Assembly: GCA_002269645.1 (NCBI GenBank)
Contig: NIVC01002513.1
Span: forward strand, 1 to 36,588
Direction of reading: 5' to 3'
DNA length: 36,588 nt
From: Macrostomum lignano
Lineage: Eukaryota
The notes below the pieces were generated by a model, which was not told where the DNA came from, searched no databases, and saw only the letters and a list, made by a program, of their open reading frames with translations. Below are positions 1 to 11,919 of this stretch, piece after piece. Both the position numbers and the translations under genes were made by a program. Numbering within the stretch: the first letter of the stretch is position 1; each line of letters begins with the position of its first letter.

Positions 1-18
1 GGCGCTCTGGCCTTCTTG

Positions 19-1040
19 CCCTGACACTCCACCGCCTCCCCTGACACTCCACTGCATCCCCTGACACTCCACCGCCTCCCTGACACTCCACTACCTCCCC
101 TGACACTCCACTACCTCCCCTGACACTCCACTGCCTCCCCAGACACTCCACTGCCTCCCCTGACACTCCACTACCTCCCCTGACACTCCATTGCCTCCCC
201 TGACACTCCACTGCATCCCCTGACACTCCACTACCTCCCCTGACACTTACTGCCTCCCTTGACACTCCACTGCCTCCCTTGACACTCCACTACCTCCCTG
301 ACACTCCACTACCTCCCCTGACACTCCACTGCCTCCCCAGACACTCCACTGCCTCCCCTGACACTCCACTACCTCCCCTGACACTCCATTGCCTCCCCTG
401 ACACTCCACTGCCTCCCCTGACACTCCACTGCCTCCCCTGACACTCCACCGCCTCCCCTGACACTCCACTGCATCCCCTGACACTCCACCGCCTACCCTG
501 ACACTCCACTGCCTCCCCTGACACTCCACTGCCTCCGCTGACACTCCACCGCCTTCCCTGACACTCCACCGCCTCCCCTGACACTCCACTGCCTCCCCTG
601 ACACTCCACTGCCTCCCCTGACACTCCACTGCCTCCCTGACACTCCACTGCCTCCGCTGACACTCCACTGCCTCCGCTGACACTCCACTGCCTCCGCTGA
701 CACTCCACTGCCTCCGCTGACACTCCACTGCCTCCGCTGACACTCCACTGCCTCCCCTGACACTCCACTGCCTCCGCTGACACTCCACTGCCTCCGCTGA
801 CACTCCACTGCCTCCCTGACACTCCACTGCATCCCTGACACTCCACTGCCTCCCTGACACTCCACTGCCTCCCCTGACACTCCACTGCCTCCGCTGACAC
901 TCCACTGCCTCCGCTGACACTCCACAGCCTCCCCTGACACTCCACTGCCTCCGCTGACACTCCACTGCCTCCGCTGACACTCCACTGCCTCCCTGACACT
1001 CCACTGCATCCCCTGACACTCCACAGGCACCCTTGACACT
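19..1040. repeat. 20-21 bp minisatellite, consensus CTGACACTCCACTGCCTCCCC, about 50 copies
   Basis: Tandem unit visible directly. It explains the repetitive ORFs 247..1066 (AVECQG/RQWSV). Probably lies in a downstream intron of the DCX gene. Confidence 0.97.
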
Positions 1041-1447
1041 ATTTTTTGACAGCTAGAGCTCTGCATGAAACCAAAGACTTTTCAAGTACTTTTACGGCGA
1101 AGACAGAGTGATGCACCGTACAATGTTTGCTTTTGTTTAAAGCTTGAAACGTGAAATACTGCAAGAGAAACCAATAAAATTGCTATAGGAGCAAAAGATA
1201 GAATAATAAAAACTTTAAACTTCGAGAAAACTACTATATCGATTATTACAAGCAGTAGAAATTAAAAAAAGTATAAAATGTTTCATTAATTTAAACAAAA
1301 ATAGTACTGTGATGAAATCTGGACCAACTTAGCCATGATCGATCCAATGCTCTTGGAAAAATAGAAGAACAACATGAGTGGCTTTGCTTAGACTTAGTTT
1401 TTAAAAAAATGTTTCAGATCTGCCCCAAAAAGGGCCGTTTTACTTAC

Positions 1448-1837
1448 CAGCTGACCTTCAATCGTGTAGATTCTACGAACTTGCATTCGAAATATTGCGG
1501 ACAGATCATCTAAAACCTGTTCGAAACTTTGAACCATGCGCTTGTTCAGCAGGACAATGTGCTTCTTGAATGGCTCGCCGTTCTGTCTAACATAAATTCG
1601 CTTGCAGTCCGCCCGCTTGAACACGGGAGCATAGGCGGCTGCGGCGGCGCGGCGCCCTGGTCGTCCGGCGCGGCGGCCGTGTCCGAGTTCGGGTAACTGT
1701 TCGCGTCCCGGCGTGGGCGGGCGCGAAATCGCATCGGCTGGGCCAGTGGGGACGCGGCGGAGGCGTCGGTTGCTGCTGCTGATGCAACGCCGCCCGTTAG
1801 CTTGCCGGTGGCCCGCCAGGCCGGCGTGACAATTGGC
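1448..1837 (-). CDS. Doublecortin-domain gene, exon carrying most of the second DCX domain
   Basis: Acceptor ccgcag|G at 1838/1837; donor CAGCTG|gtaagta at 1448/1447. The 3' part reads [52 protein letters not shown], a DCX pattern. The exon is 1 nt short of phase consistency with the upstream donor (see findings). Confidence 0.8.
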
Positions 1838-1857
1838 CTGCGGATCGGATTGGGATT

Positions 1858-2722
1858 CTGTCTGTGTGTCTGTGTGTCTGTGTGTCTGTGTGTCTGTGTG
1901 TCTGTGTGTCTGTGTGTCTGTGTCTGTGTGTCTGTGTGTCTGTGTGTCTGTGTGTCTGTGTCTGTGTGTCTGTGTGTCTGTGTGTCTGTGTGTTTGTGTG
2001 TCTGTGTGTCTGTGTGTCTGTGTGTCTGTGTGTCTGTGTGTCTGTGTGTCTGTGTGTCTGTGTGTCTGTCTGTCTGTGTCTGTGTGTCTGTGTGTCTGTG
2101 TGTCTGTGTCTGTGTGTCTGTGTGTCTGTGTGTCTGTGTGTCTGTGTGTCTGTGTGTCTGTGTGTCTGTGTGTCTGTGTGTCTGTGTGTCTGTGTGTCTG
2201 TGTGTCTGTCTGTCTGTGTCTGTGTGTCTGTGTGTCTGTGTGTCTGTGTCTGTGTGTCTGTGTGTCTGTGTGTCTGTGTGTCTGTGTGTCTGTGTGTCTG
2301 TGTGTCTGTGTGTCTGTGTCTGTGTGTCTGTGTGTCTGTGTGTCTGTGTGTCTGTGTATCTGTGTGTCTGTGTCTGTGTGTCTGTCTGTCTGTGTGTCTG
2401 TGTGTCTGTGTGTCTGTGTCTGTGTGTCTGTCTGTCTGTGTGTCTGTGTGTCTGTGTGTCTGTGTATCTGTGTCTGTGTGTCTGTCTGTCTGTGTGTCTG
2501 TGTGTCTGTGTGTCTGTGTGTCTGTGTGTCTGTGTCTGTGTGTCTGTCTGTCTGTGTGTCTGTGTGTCTGTGTCTGTGTGTCTGTGTGTCTGTGTGTCTG
2601 TCTGTCTGTCTGTGTGTCTGTGTGTCTGTCTGTCTGTCTGTGTGTCTGTGTGTCTGTCTGTCTGTCTGTGTGTCTGTGTGTCTGTGTGTCTGTGTGTCTG
2701 TCTGTCTGTCTGTGTGTCTGTG

Positions 2723-2769
<47 letters not shown>

Positions 2770-2916
2770 GTGTCTGTCTGTCTGTCTATGTGTCTGTCTG
2801 TCTGTCTGTCTGTCTGTCTTAGTGTCTGTCTGTCTGTCTGTCTTAGTGTCTGTCTGTCTGTCTGTCTTAGTGTCTGTCTGTCTGTCTGTCTTAGTGTCTG
2901 TCTGTCTGTCTGTCTG
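1858..2916. repeat. Complex microsatellite (TCTGTGTG/TCTGTG/TCTG)n filling a DCX intron
   Basis: Seen directly; source of the CVSVCL and TDTQTHRH ORFs. Confidence 0.97.
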
Positions 2917-2937
2917 CTGTCCGTTTCTGTCTCTCAC

Positions 2938-3567
2938 TTATTGGGATCGACAGGCGCGGCAGCCCGTCTCTGCCTAGTGGAGCACAGGTAGTGCCCCTGA
3001 TTGTCGAAATCCTCCAACGAGCTGAGCCTATCGCGGCCTCGCGGCGTGAAGACGGCCCGAACTCCGTAGCTCAGCTCCGGCATTCGGTCCGTCAGCTCCG
3101 TCAGCAAGGCGTCGAAGCCTCGATAGCGATTGGGGTGGATGGCCACCCTGATCGGCTGCTTGAAGGTCACGCCGTCCCGGTGGAAATACACCGTCTTAGC
3201 CTGCTTCGGCCGGTTTGACTCGTTGCTAGGGCCGAAGTCTGCGGCAGTGCCGGCAGCCGCAGCCGCCCCAGCCTCTCCATGGGTGTCCCCGGAGCCGTTC
3301 TCTTCGCCCTGCTGCTGCATGTCGAACTCGGCGAACTCCGGTAGCGTCAGGTTCCTGAGGCTGTCGCTGTCAGCGCAGCTCTCCTCCGTGTCGCTCGGCC
3401 GCCTCAGCTGCCGGTTCCGCTGCTGCTGACGATGGATTTGACTGGGATTTGAGCTCACTTCCGATGGGGTCTGCTCCACTGCCGACTGGGGCCAGGGTGT
3501 GCTCACTCGGTGACCGGATTCTTCGTTGGTGCCGTTGTGATCCTGCTGGAGTGCGACTCCGCGTCGT
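2938..3567 (-). CDS. Doublecortin-domain gene, exon with the first DCX domain
   Basis: Acceptor ttgcag|A at 3568/3567; donor AATAA|gtgag at 2938/2937. Reads [74 protein letters not shown], a typical DCX domain (DCDC2/RP1-like tandem arrangement). Confidence 0.88.
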
Positions 3568-3578
3568 CTGCAATTATA

Positions 3579-3874
<296 letters not shown>

Positions 3875-4144
3875 GTTGTGTTTTTGTAGTTTTTGCACTT
3901 CTTGTTGTCGTTTGATTGTTTAAAAATTTTTACGGTACATCCAAAAAGATTACGGAAATATAATTCTAACAATTTGAATCCCTAACAACTTTGTTGACCA
4001 AGGAAATTTGATACTTTGTCGATAGACGAAGCGGAATTCGAACAGATTATGACAGGGCGTCAGTCACCTACGCGGCTGAAAGCAATTTTGTATACATTAT
4101 TTCGTATCGAAAATCTGACACATCGATACATGTAGATTCATTGT

Positions 4145-4414
<270 letters not shown>

Positions 4415-4444
4415 GAATCCCCTGAATCGCTTCTAACTGCTTAC

Positions 4445-4451
4445 CCATCAT
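4445..4451 (-). CDS. Putative first coding bases (ATG ATG G) of the DCX gene
   Basis: ATGATGG|gtaagc is a strong donor at 4445/4444. Joining it to the 3567 exon needs one extra base to reach the DCX frame. Confidence 0.4.
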
Positions 4452-6227
4452 CTTCCAGCCCGAAGGGAAGTGAGCAGGTGCTGCGCCGATTCAAGTAGCC
4501 TCTTTTAGTTCGAAAAAGGGGTTGCTTTGTGATTTACCAGAATGCTCCGTTAGCCAAATTCTTATCTGAATTTGTAGGAATTCCGCAAAATCTTTTTTTC
4601 CCACAAAATGAGCTGAGATATTTATACGGCCGAGGAAGACACGGCTTGATGAGGCATGCAGGCAGACCACTCAGAGTACTCACACTGTCTGCTCCAGCAA
4701 GACGTCATTGGTTCAGCCGCCCTTGCTTCCCTTCCTTCCTGGAATCCTGGCTCCTCAGCAGGCCACATCCCGAACTTTCCTTTTCCCCTCGTCCCTGTCT
4801 ATCCCTACCTGATCAAATCCCTCAATTCCTTGCTCCCCCTTGTCACCCTTTTCCTTGACAACGGACACAGAGTAATAGAGAATGCGGAACTCGATTTCCT
4901 TTCGTACGGGATGGGGGATTGAAATCCCAGCTCCAGCCTCCAGGTAGACTACAGTAGCCAGACTCACTAAGATAGGAGATTAAGATTGCTCGAGGCTTAC
5001 AAATTCGTAGTAGATTAACAGTACTGAGTGAAAGTGAACTGTTTCTACTGAGCAATTGTAACTCAGGTGGAAGATCGAACCAGAACTCAGTGAGGGTAAC
5101 ATGAGACGGATATAAGAAGCGCACTGTGTGGACACAGGCCTCCCAGTAGTGCCAAAAAAGTGGCAACAAAATCGTCAATAGGTAAATCCGATGAGATGGA
5201 TGGATGGGGAAAAGTTGTTGAAATTTGATAAGCTTCTGACGAACACGAGTATGAGTTTGTTTTCCCCTAACAGAAGGTTGCTAGGCGTAGCTCACCATCT
5301 GTTACATGGTCAGTAAATTGTATTTAGCTTTTTTGTGATCAATTGAGCTGCCGATTGGCAATTATCAGGCTAGAAATATAAATATGAAGAGTATATAAAA
5401 GAAGAATATATATTGTGTTTTTTCTAATCACAGTGAGAATTAGCTCTGTTTATGGCTAAAAAATCGAGAAAATAGTCATGAAAATGGATACTAATATGAG
5501 CCTAAAACTGGACCACTATGTTTGTATAATTTAAATTAGGAAACCTCTTTTTACTAATTAACTTCCTTCATTGTCATTTGAAATGAACATGTTGGGATTT
5601 AAGTATAAAGTAATTATTACTTTTAACGCTTGAACCTTTACATATACATAAATAAAGAATTACTATTGTACTCAAAGTAAAGTTGTATTATACGCGATCT
5701 AAGCCCTAATAAATACATACACATTAGCTAGCAAAAGAAAGCCTATAAGATTGTGTCACAAAACTCTAGTGTGCTGCTTTGAGTTTTAAGCAGCAAAACA
5801 TATAGCTTATATATAATACAGACAAAGTATACGCGTGTAAAAGCTTTTATAGTCTACACCAAATAAAAAGTTGACAAAAGAATATATTTTTGTTGTAACA
5901 TAAAAAATGGTAAATCAAATAAGCAAAAGAAAATTCTATTAAGGCTCGGCACGCAGCAGCAAAACCTAAACAGAATATTCGGATCGAATAAATTAAGTCG
6001 AACTTGTTGGTTACAGTAGATTTAAGCGTTAAAACAAAAATACCATATTGTATATTGTTATCTGCAGTGATAAATTCAAAAGCTCTTGAATAGATTTGCA
6101 ATTTTTATTCGAAGTTCTTCTTGCCAACAAAAGCTTTGAAATTTAGAAAAACATTGTTTCTACTGTAAATATTTTTTTTTAAATTTATCATTTGGGTGAT
6201 TTTCCAGGTAAAATCGGTCGATCTAAT

Positions 6228-6241
6228 TTTACCTTAGCAAT
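6228..6241 (-). promoter_or_regulatory. Possible RFX X-box (ATTGCTAAGGTAAA)
   Basis: About 12/14 match to a GTTGCYANGGYAAC-type consensus, 21 nt upstream of the ATG of a predicted ciliary gene. It could instead be just a splice acceptor (ttttaccttag). Confidence 0.3.
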
Positions 6242-6262
6242 CTAAAATCCAGCGCAGAAAAA

Positions 6263-6334
6263 ATGACAGAGATTCTTTCCGGCATCATATCGAAGCCGGG
6301 TGCTTTCGGTGAATCGGCATTTCAGGGTATTGAA
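6263..6334 (+). CDS. CLAMP-domain (C8orf74/CABCOCO1-like) ciliary protein, exon 1
   Basis: ATG at 6263, MTEILSGIISKPGAFGESAFQGIE, donor GAA|gtgagt, phase 0. Confidence 0.7.
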
Positions 6335-6544
6335 GTGAGTCTTACTCTATCACCTGACTACAGATGTTCTGGGACTCCTGTTTGGATCCTAAAAGATCAG
6401 TGGCGAAAAATCTTAATTTTTCAGCCGGGTTCTGTGTTACCCACATCACCAATTCTACTGCCACCAAGCCAACAAGTATCAATTTAAAGCAAATAATTTC
6501 TTCATCAATTAGCAATTTATTTTGTTTTGTTTTATACATTTTAG

Positions 6545-6740
6545 GCTCAAGGTCTATCACGCGACTGGATTATGAAATTTATTGGATTAGAACAACAAGG
6601 CTGCGACTCCAACCAACGAATGGAGGTAGTCATTTCGATTTTCTACCATTTGGTTGACGAGCTCTACGCCCGAGGCTGCAGCAAATCCGAAATTTGTACC
6701 CTCGCCAAGCTGACAGCCCAGTATTGGATAGCATCTCTTG
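6545..6740 (+). CDS. CLAMP-domain ciliary protein, exon 2
   Basis: ttttag|GCT ... CTTG|gtaagc; AQGLSRDWIMKFIGLEQQGCDSNQRMEVVISIFYHLVDELYARGCSKSEICTLAKLTAQYWIASL; phases 0 to 1 are consistent. Confidence 0.75.
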
Positions 6741-6749
6741 GTAAGCACT

Positions 6750-6881
<132 letters not shown>

Positions 6882-6904
6882 ATTCTCACCCCGCCAATTC
6901 GCAG

Positions 6905-7365
6905 ACCGCTCCCTGCAAGAGAACCTGCGCCACCTTCAGTCAATGGTTACTCCGTTGGCTCCGCGCCAAATATCTGAGCGCGCAGCCTCCATCTACCTGG
7001 AGTACACCGTGAACAGCTTCCTGCGTCATTTCGCACTCTACCGAGCCTGCCTTCAACAACCCCAGCATCAGCAGCAGAAGCAGCCATCGATGCAGTACTC
7101 CGGTCGACGACTTCGTCGCGGCATTCTTGTCGAATCGCCGGAGCAGCCGTGCCCGCTCCGCGACGGACTCCGGCCCGAGGAGCACCGCTACCGCTGCCAG
7201 CTGCGCGAGCTGGACACGGAGGAGCAGCTGGCCAGGGCTGCCGGAGCTGAGCGACGCCTGGGAGAGTCGGCCGAGATCGCCCAGCGACGTCGCAATCTGG
7301 AAGCGACCATGACGCGCAGTCGGTCAGATAGCGACGACGATCAAGAGGACGCTGCGATTGACGAC
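6905..7365 (+). CDS. CLAMP-domain ciliary protein, exon 3
   Basis: tcgcag|AC ... GACGAC|gtgaga. Contains IYLEYTVNSFLRHFALYRACL, matching the dY...tfFRHyxLY motif I recall for the CLAMP/C1a-32 family, followed by a charged coiled-coil-like stretch. Confidence 0.78.
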
Positions 7366-7400
7366 GTGAGAATCAGTTTTATAATCATGCTAAATCAGCT

Positions 7401-8068
7401 TTAGGAGTGTCGCCAGTTTTAGGAGCGGCGCCAGTTTTAGGAGTGGCGCCAGTTTTAGAAGCGGTGCCAGTTTTAGGAGCGGTGCCAGTTTTAGGAGCGG
7501 CGCCAGTTTTAGGAACAGTGCCAGTTTTAGGAGCGGTGCCAGTTTTAAGAACAGTGCCAGTTTTAGGAGCGGTGCCAGTTTTAGAAGCCGTGCCAGTTTT
7601 AGGAGCGGTGCCAGTTTTAGGAGCGGTGCCAGTTTTAGGAGCGGTGCCAGTTTTAGGAGCGGCGCCAGTTTTAGGAACAGTGCCAGTTTTAGGAGCGGTG
7701 CCAGTTTTAGGAACAGTGCCAGTTTTAGGAGCGGTGCCAGTTTTAGAAGCCGTGCCAGTTTTAGGAGCGGTGCCAGTTTTAGAAGCCGTGCCAGTTTTAG
7801 GAGCGGTGCCAGTTTTAGGAGCGGTGCCAGTTTTAGGAGCGGTGCCAGTTTTAGGAGCGGTGCCAGTTTTAGGAGCGGTGCCAGTTTTAGAAGCCGTGCC
7901 AGTTTTAGGAGCGGTGCCAGTTTTAGGAGCGGTGCCAGTTTTAGAAGCCGTGCCAGTTTTAGGAGCGGTGCCAGTTTTAGAAGGCCAGTTTTAGGAGCGG
8001 TGCCAGTTTTAGGAGCGGTGCCAGTTTTAGGAGCGCCGCCAGTTTTAGAGGCGCCAGTTTTAGGAGTT
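7401..8068. repeat. 18-bp minisatellite GCCAGTTTTAGGAGCGGT, about 37 copies, intron 3 of the CLAMP gene
   Basis: Seen directly; explains the LLKLAP/GAVPVL ORFs. Confidence 0.97.
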
Positions 8069-8106
8069 GATAGTTGACATTTTTCCCACAAAAAATCGAT
8101 TTTCAG

Positions 8107-8248
8107 TACCCCAACAGCCTGATCGGAGAGATTCTACAAATGAATTTGCGTCAGATGCGGCTGCGAACTCAGGACCTCACTGACAGTGCCTGCATCGATC
8201 TGGTATACAAAGCCAAGCGAACTGCACTGCCCAGGCCAGCCAGTATGG
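8107..8248 (+). CDS. CLAMP-domain ciliary protein, exon 4
   Basis: ttttcag|TAC ... ATGG|gtgagt; YPNSLIGEILQMNLRQMRLRTQDLTDSACIDLVYKAKRTALPRPASM; phases 0 to 1. Confidence 0.72.
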
Positions 8249-8885
8249 GTGAGTGTGGTTTGTGTGTGTCATTGGCGATGTTCTTGTTATACTACTGCTT
8301 GATTTGATGATTGAGTAGTGTCATTTTCAGGTCTGAAAGTTAATTGATAATTTCTTGAAGTTTTGAAGTTTGGGTTGCGCGTTTACATAAACAGAATTTT
8401 CCAATTGAATTGCTGCTTACTCAGGCCTTGCTCTAGATTGTTTTGAGGGGTATTTTTTCTGACTCTTCGAGGGGTAATTTGTGGTACATTTATTATTCGC
8501 TGTGGGGTATTTATAATACTTTCTATGGAAAATTGTTTATAATTTTTTCTATGGGGTATTTTTGTTCCCTCTATGGGGTATCTGTCATTTCCTCTGTGGG
8601 GTATTTCTCATTTTTTCTATAGGCTATGTCTCATTCTCCCGATGGGACTTTTCTCATTTTTGTATGGCAGTATTTCTCCTTTTATTTTTGGGCATTTTGC
8701 TTTATTATGGGGGATAGTCGCATTTGTTTTGGGAGGGTATTTATCTTTATATATTTTTAGCATATTTTTGGGGAGTTTTTTACTCCTTCTCGACGGTAAT
8801 TTCGATTAATCCTAATGGTTCAGCAATGATCCCAACCATCACAAGTTCACTCACTGCTCTGTAAAGAAAACGATAACCTCCGCAG

Positions 8886-9028
8886 GCCCGCCGCCAAGGT
8901 ACTCGGCCTCGACCGTTGGAGCTTCCGGGCCGGCTGGCGGGGACAGAAAGTCCAGCCGTGGCTCCAGCAGGAGCTCCGCCAAATCCAAAACTGCAGGCGA
9001 CGGCAAGAAGTCAAAGGCGGCGAAATGA
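8886..9028 (+). CDS. CLAMP-domain ciliary protein, last exon
   Basis: ccgcag|GC; GPPPRYSASTVGASGPAGGDRKSSRGSSRSSAKSKTAGDGKKSKAAK-stop. The joined CDS is 1014 nt (337 aa) with no internal stop. Confidence 0.68.
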
Positions 9029-9163
9029 GAATTAAAAAATATCGAATTTTAATCTGGGACAAAATAATTCATGACACAAAATGTAATTATTGTTAAATTG
9101 GTACGAGCCGTGTACTTCACTTAAGTTTTTCTTTTCATTTAAGAGCACTTGGACCAATTCGGT

Positions 9164-9612
9164 TGACCCTTGACCCAATGACCCTGACCCAATGACCCTG
9201 ACCCAATGACCCTGACCCAATGACCCTGACCCAATGACCCTGACCCAATGACCCTGACCCAATGACCCTGACCCAATGACCCTGACCCAATGACCCTGAC
9301 CCAATGACCCTGACCCAATGACCCTGACCCAATGACCCTGACCCAATGACCCTGACCCAATGACCCTGACCCAATGACCCTGACCCAATGACCCTGACCC
9401 AATGACCCTGACCCAATGACCCTGACCCAATGACCCTGACCCAATGACCCTGACCCAATGACCCTGACCCAATGACCCTGACCCAATGACCCTGACCCAA
9501 TGACCCTGACCCAATGACCCTGACCCAATGACCCTGACCCAATGACCCTGACCCAATGACCCTGACCCAATGACCCTGACCCAATGACCCTGACCCAATG
9601 ACCCTGACCCAA
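9164..9612. repeat. Homogeneous 14-bp minisatellite TGACCCTGACCCAA, about 32 copies
   Basis: Seen directly; explains the GQGHWVRVIGSGSL ORFs. Confidence 0.98.
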
Positions 9613-10024
9613 CAATTTTCTTTAATTAAATGAAAGAAATCAAAATTAAGAAATCAAATACATTTTCAATCCCGCTATTAAAATGCATGATATTCTGCTA
9701 TTAGTACCATCCACTAACTTTGAGTCATTCAATCAAGAAGTCTACAAGTAGCACCGAACCAATCCTAATGAGAGTAGGTTGGCTCCTACACAAAAAGATT
9801 AAAAAGTCATCCTTTGGATTTACCAATACCATTCACCAAGACCATTTTTTATCAATTGCATGGTAAAATTCTGAGAGAGAATTATGAATTAATCAAAGCC
9901 CAACCTCATACTGTAAGAGCTGCTCAAGTCTTTGATGTCCGTGACGGATTTATTGACCGTTGCGAGCTAGAATAAAGCTAGCTCGTAAAAGCTCCACAAA
10001 GCAGAACTGAAAAGTGCACGCGTT

Positions 10025-10960
10025 ATGATAGCTGCAGAAAAACCTTCAACCAGCACGCCCGTGACATCAGCAAGCGCATGGCAGCTCGCAGAAGACCACT
10101 GGCGGCGCTAGCCACGAGATCCAACGGCGCAAATTTCACAGTTCTCCGAACGGCCTACATTTCCACGGTCCGGGCCGTTGCCCACTTCGCAGGGAGCGTC
10201 TGGGGGGGGCGCCTTCGCGTCACCGAGCACATGCCTGGTGCGCACCGCAGCGGCAGGAGAGAGTTGCAGCAGCGCTACAGCGGAGTTGACTCCAATCGCC
10301 ATCGGCCTGGACAGCATCCGACACCTGACCACGAATCATGGGACATTGGGACTAGTACTGACATTTTTACTGACAGCCAAGCGGCACTCTTAACCCTCAT
10401 GCGCGGCCCCTGTGATCAGAGCGACCCGCCTGGTGAGGAGTGTTGGTCCAACCTCAGCGCAATGCAGCGCCTCACCTGGGTGCCGGCCCACGTCGGCTGG
10501 AAGGCAACGAAAGAGCAGACGCTGCCGCCAACAGGCCATCTCGATCTGCACAGCCAAGGCGCTTATTCGCAGAGCCAGACGCCGACTCCATCTGGACTTC
10601 TGGGGGCGCAGCGACCGACCGCATCAGTCGAGAGAGGCGCGACAGCGGTCTGCCAGCTTCGAACAGGATGCAGCACCACTTGCGCCGTCACACGTCACCG
10701 CATCGGCATCGCTGACTCGCCACGGTCTCTTGCCCGTAGGCCAAATCTCACGACCTCGCTGCTGCCGCAAGGCCACCTTCCACCAACCGAGGATGCTCTT
10801 CAATTGGTCATCCATCAACACAGCCGACTCTTTGAGCTTGGACAGCTGGTTTGTTGACGCGGTGGCGCAGTAACGACCGGCCGTTACAGATCACCTTTGG
10901 CAGGCCTAGTTGAGAGTTTGCTCGCCCACCAGCTTCTGCAGCTTGCGTGGTAGGGGCTGC
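10025..10960 (+). mobile_element. Decayed, internally deleted non-LTR retrotransposon fragment (RT C-terminus plus RNase H)
   Basis: Across frames: TFNQHARDISKRM..LATRSNGA..LRTAYISTVR (RT thumb); AELTPIAIGLDSI, IFTDSQAAL, LTWVPAHVG and GNERADAAA (RNase H); QLRTG..RHRIGIADSP (C-terminal region). Several frameshifts. Confidence 0.8.
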
Positions 10961-11919
10961 TAGGATTACGTGTTAATTATTAAAATTACTAGTTAATGAT
11001 GAAGAATAACTAACATGCGAAAGTATAATTAATTGGAGATTCATGCACACGTGTCAACGAATAGCGTACAGTAACTGCGCGACAAAGTGTCTATTATTTG
11101 TTATAATGCACTTGCATTGCGGGTATAAAAACCGCGCGCACCAGTTTGAATCTCTGCGCGCTTGTAGGGCCTGCCCGTTGTGAGTTGTTTCTGTTTGCCC
11201 GGACTGTGCACTCCAGTCTAGTTAATGTAATTGGCTTGTGTAAGCCCGGCCTGTAGTGCCTAGTAACTTAGTGAATCGATTAGATATTGATGCTCAACAT
11301 GAATCTTGTGTGAGCAAAGCTCATAATTATTGAGAATAGTCAAACTAGACCTAAAAATTATCAGCTCCAACAGCTGTGTTTAGTAAGGACATAGGAGTCT
11401 GAGTTTATATTTATGTGTTTTTGTTCATTTTGGTTGTTAAGTCTTTATTAATAATTTACCGCTGGTACGCTAGTTTGTTTATTGTTCAATAATTACATTT
11501 GTCAATTTATTATTAGTTCGAAGTCAATTTAAGTTGTTAAGTTTTTACTAAGCAAATCTTTCTTTGAGAAACGGCTTGTCTCAGTCAGTTTAATCATAGC
11601 TTCGATTGGTGGCAGCGAACTACCTTTAATTTCCTGACTTATCTAGCTTTGGGATTAACTATCGATTTACTGGGGAACGTAATTTATCAAGAAATCATTG
11701 GTATTACTCTATCAGACCATCTCAGGGTAACGCTCTTCGGCTGGTGCAGCATAAGCAGTATAGCCTTAGACCATAATCTCGCAGCTACCGTGAGTATAAG
11801 TTATTTGGGACTATTGTCAGCAGAAATAGAGAAACAATTCAAGTCACTCCGCTCGTTAAGAGTTCGCGGACATTGAGTCTGTTTAAGTCGCACCAGACGC
11901 TGAGTCATTACCGGTTAAA

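Noticed and set aside
247-2991. Long ORFs of 168-463 aa ([20 protein letters not shown])
   Set aside because: Translations of stop-free tandem repeats, open in several frames and strands, lying in inferred introns. The same applies to the repeat ORFs at 3503-4451, 6587-6977, 7390-8091, 9032-9615, 19744-20271, 20697-21788, 26049-26813, 29605-30108 and 36342-36560.
4620-5180. Possible 3' end of a non-LTR element on the minus strand (..CKPRAILISYLSESG.. then UTR-like sequence)
   Set aside because: No RT, RNase H or zinc-knuckle motif that I could read with confidence.
10970-11270. Solo-LTR-like segment with TATAAAAA at about 11124
   Set aside because: No clear TG...CA ends, TSD, PBS or second copy in the window.
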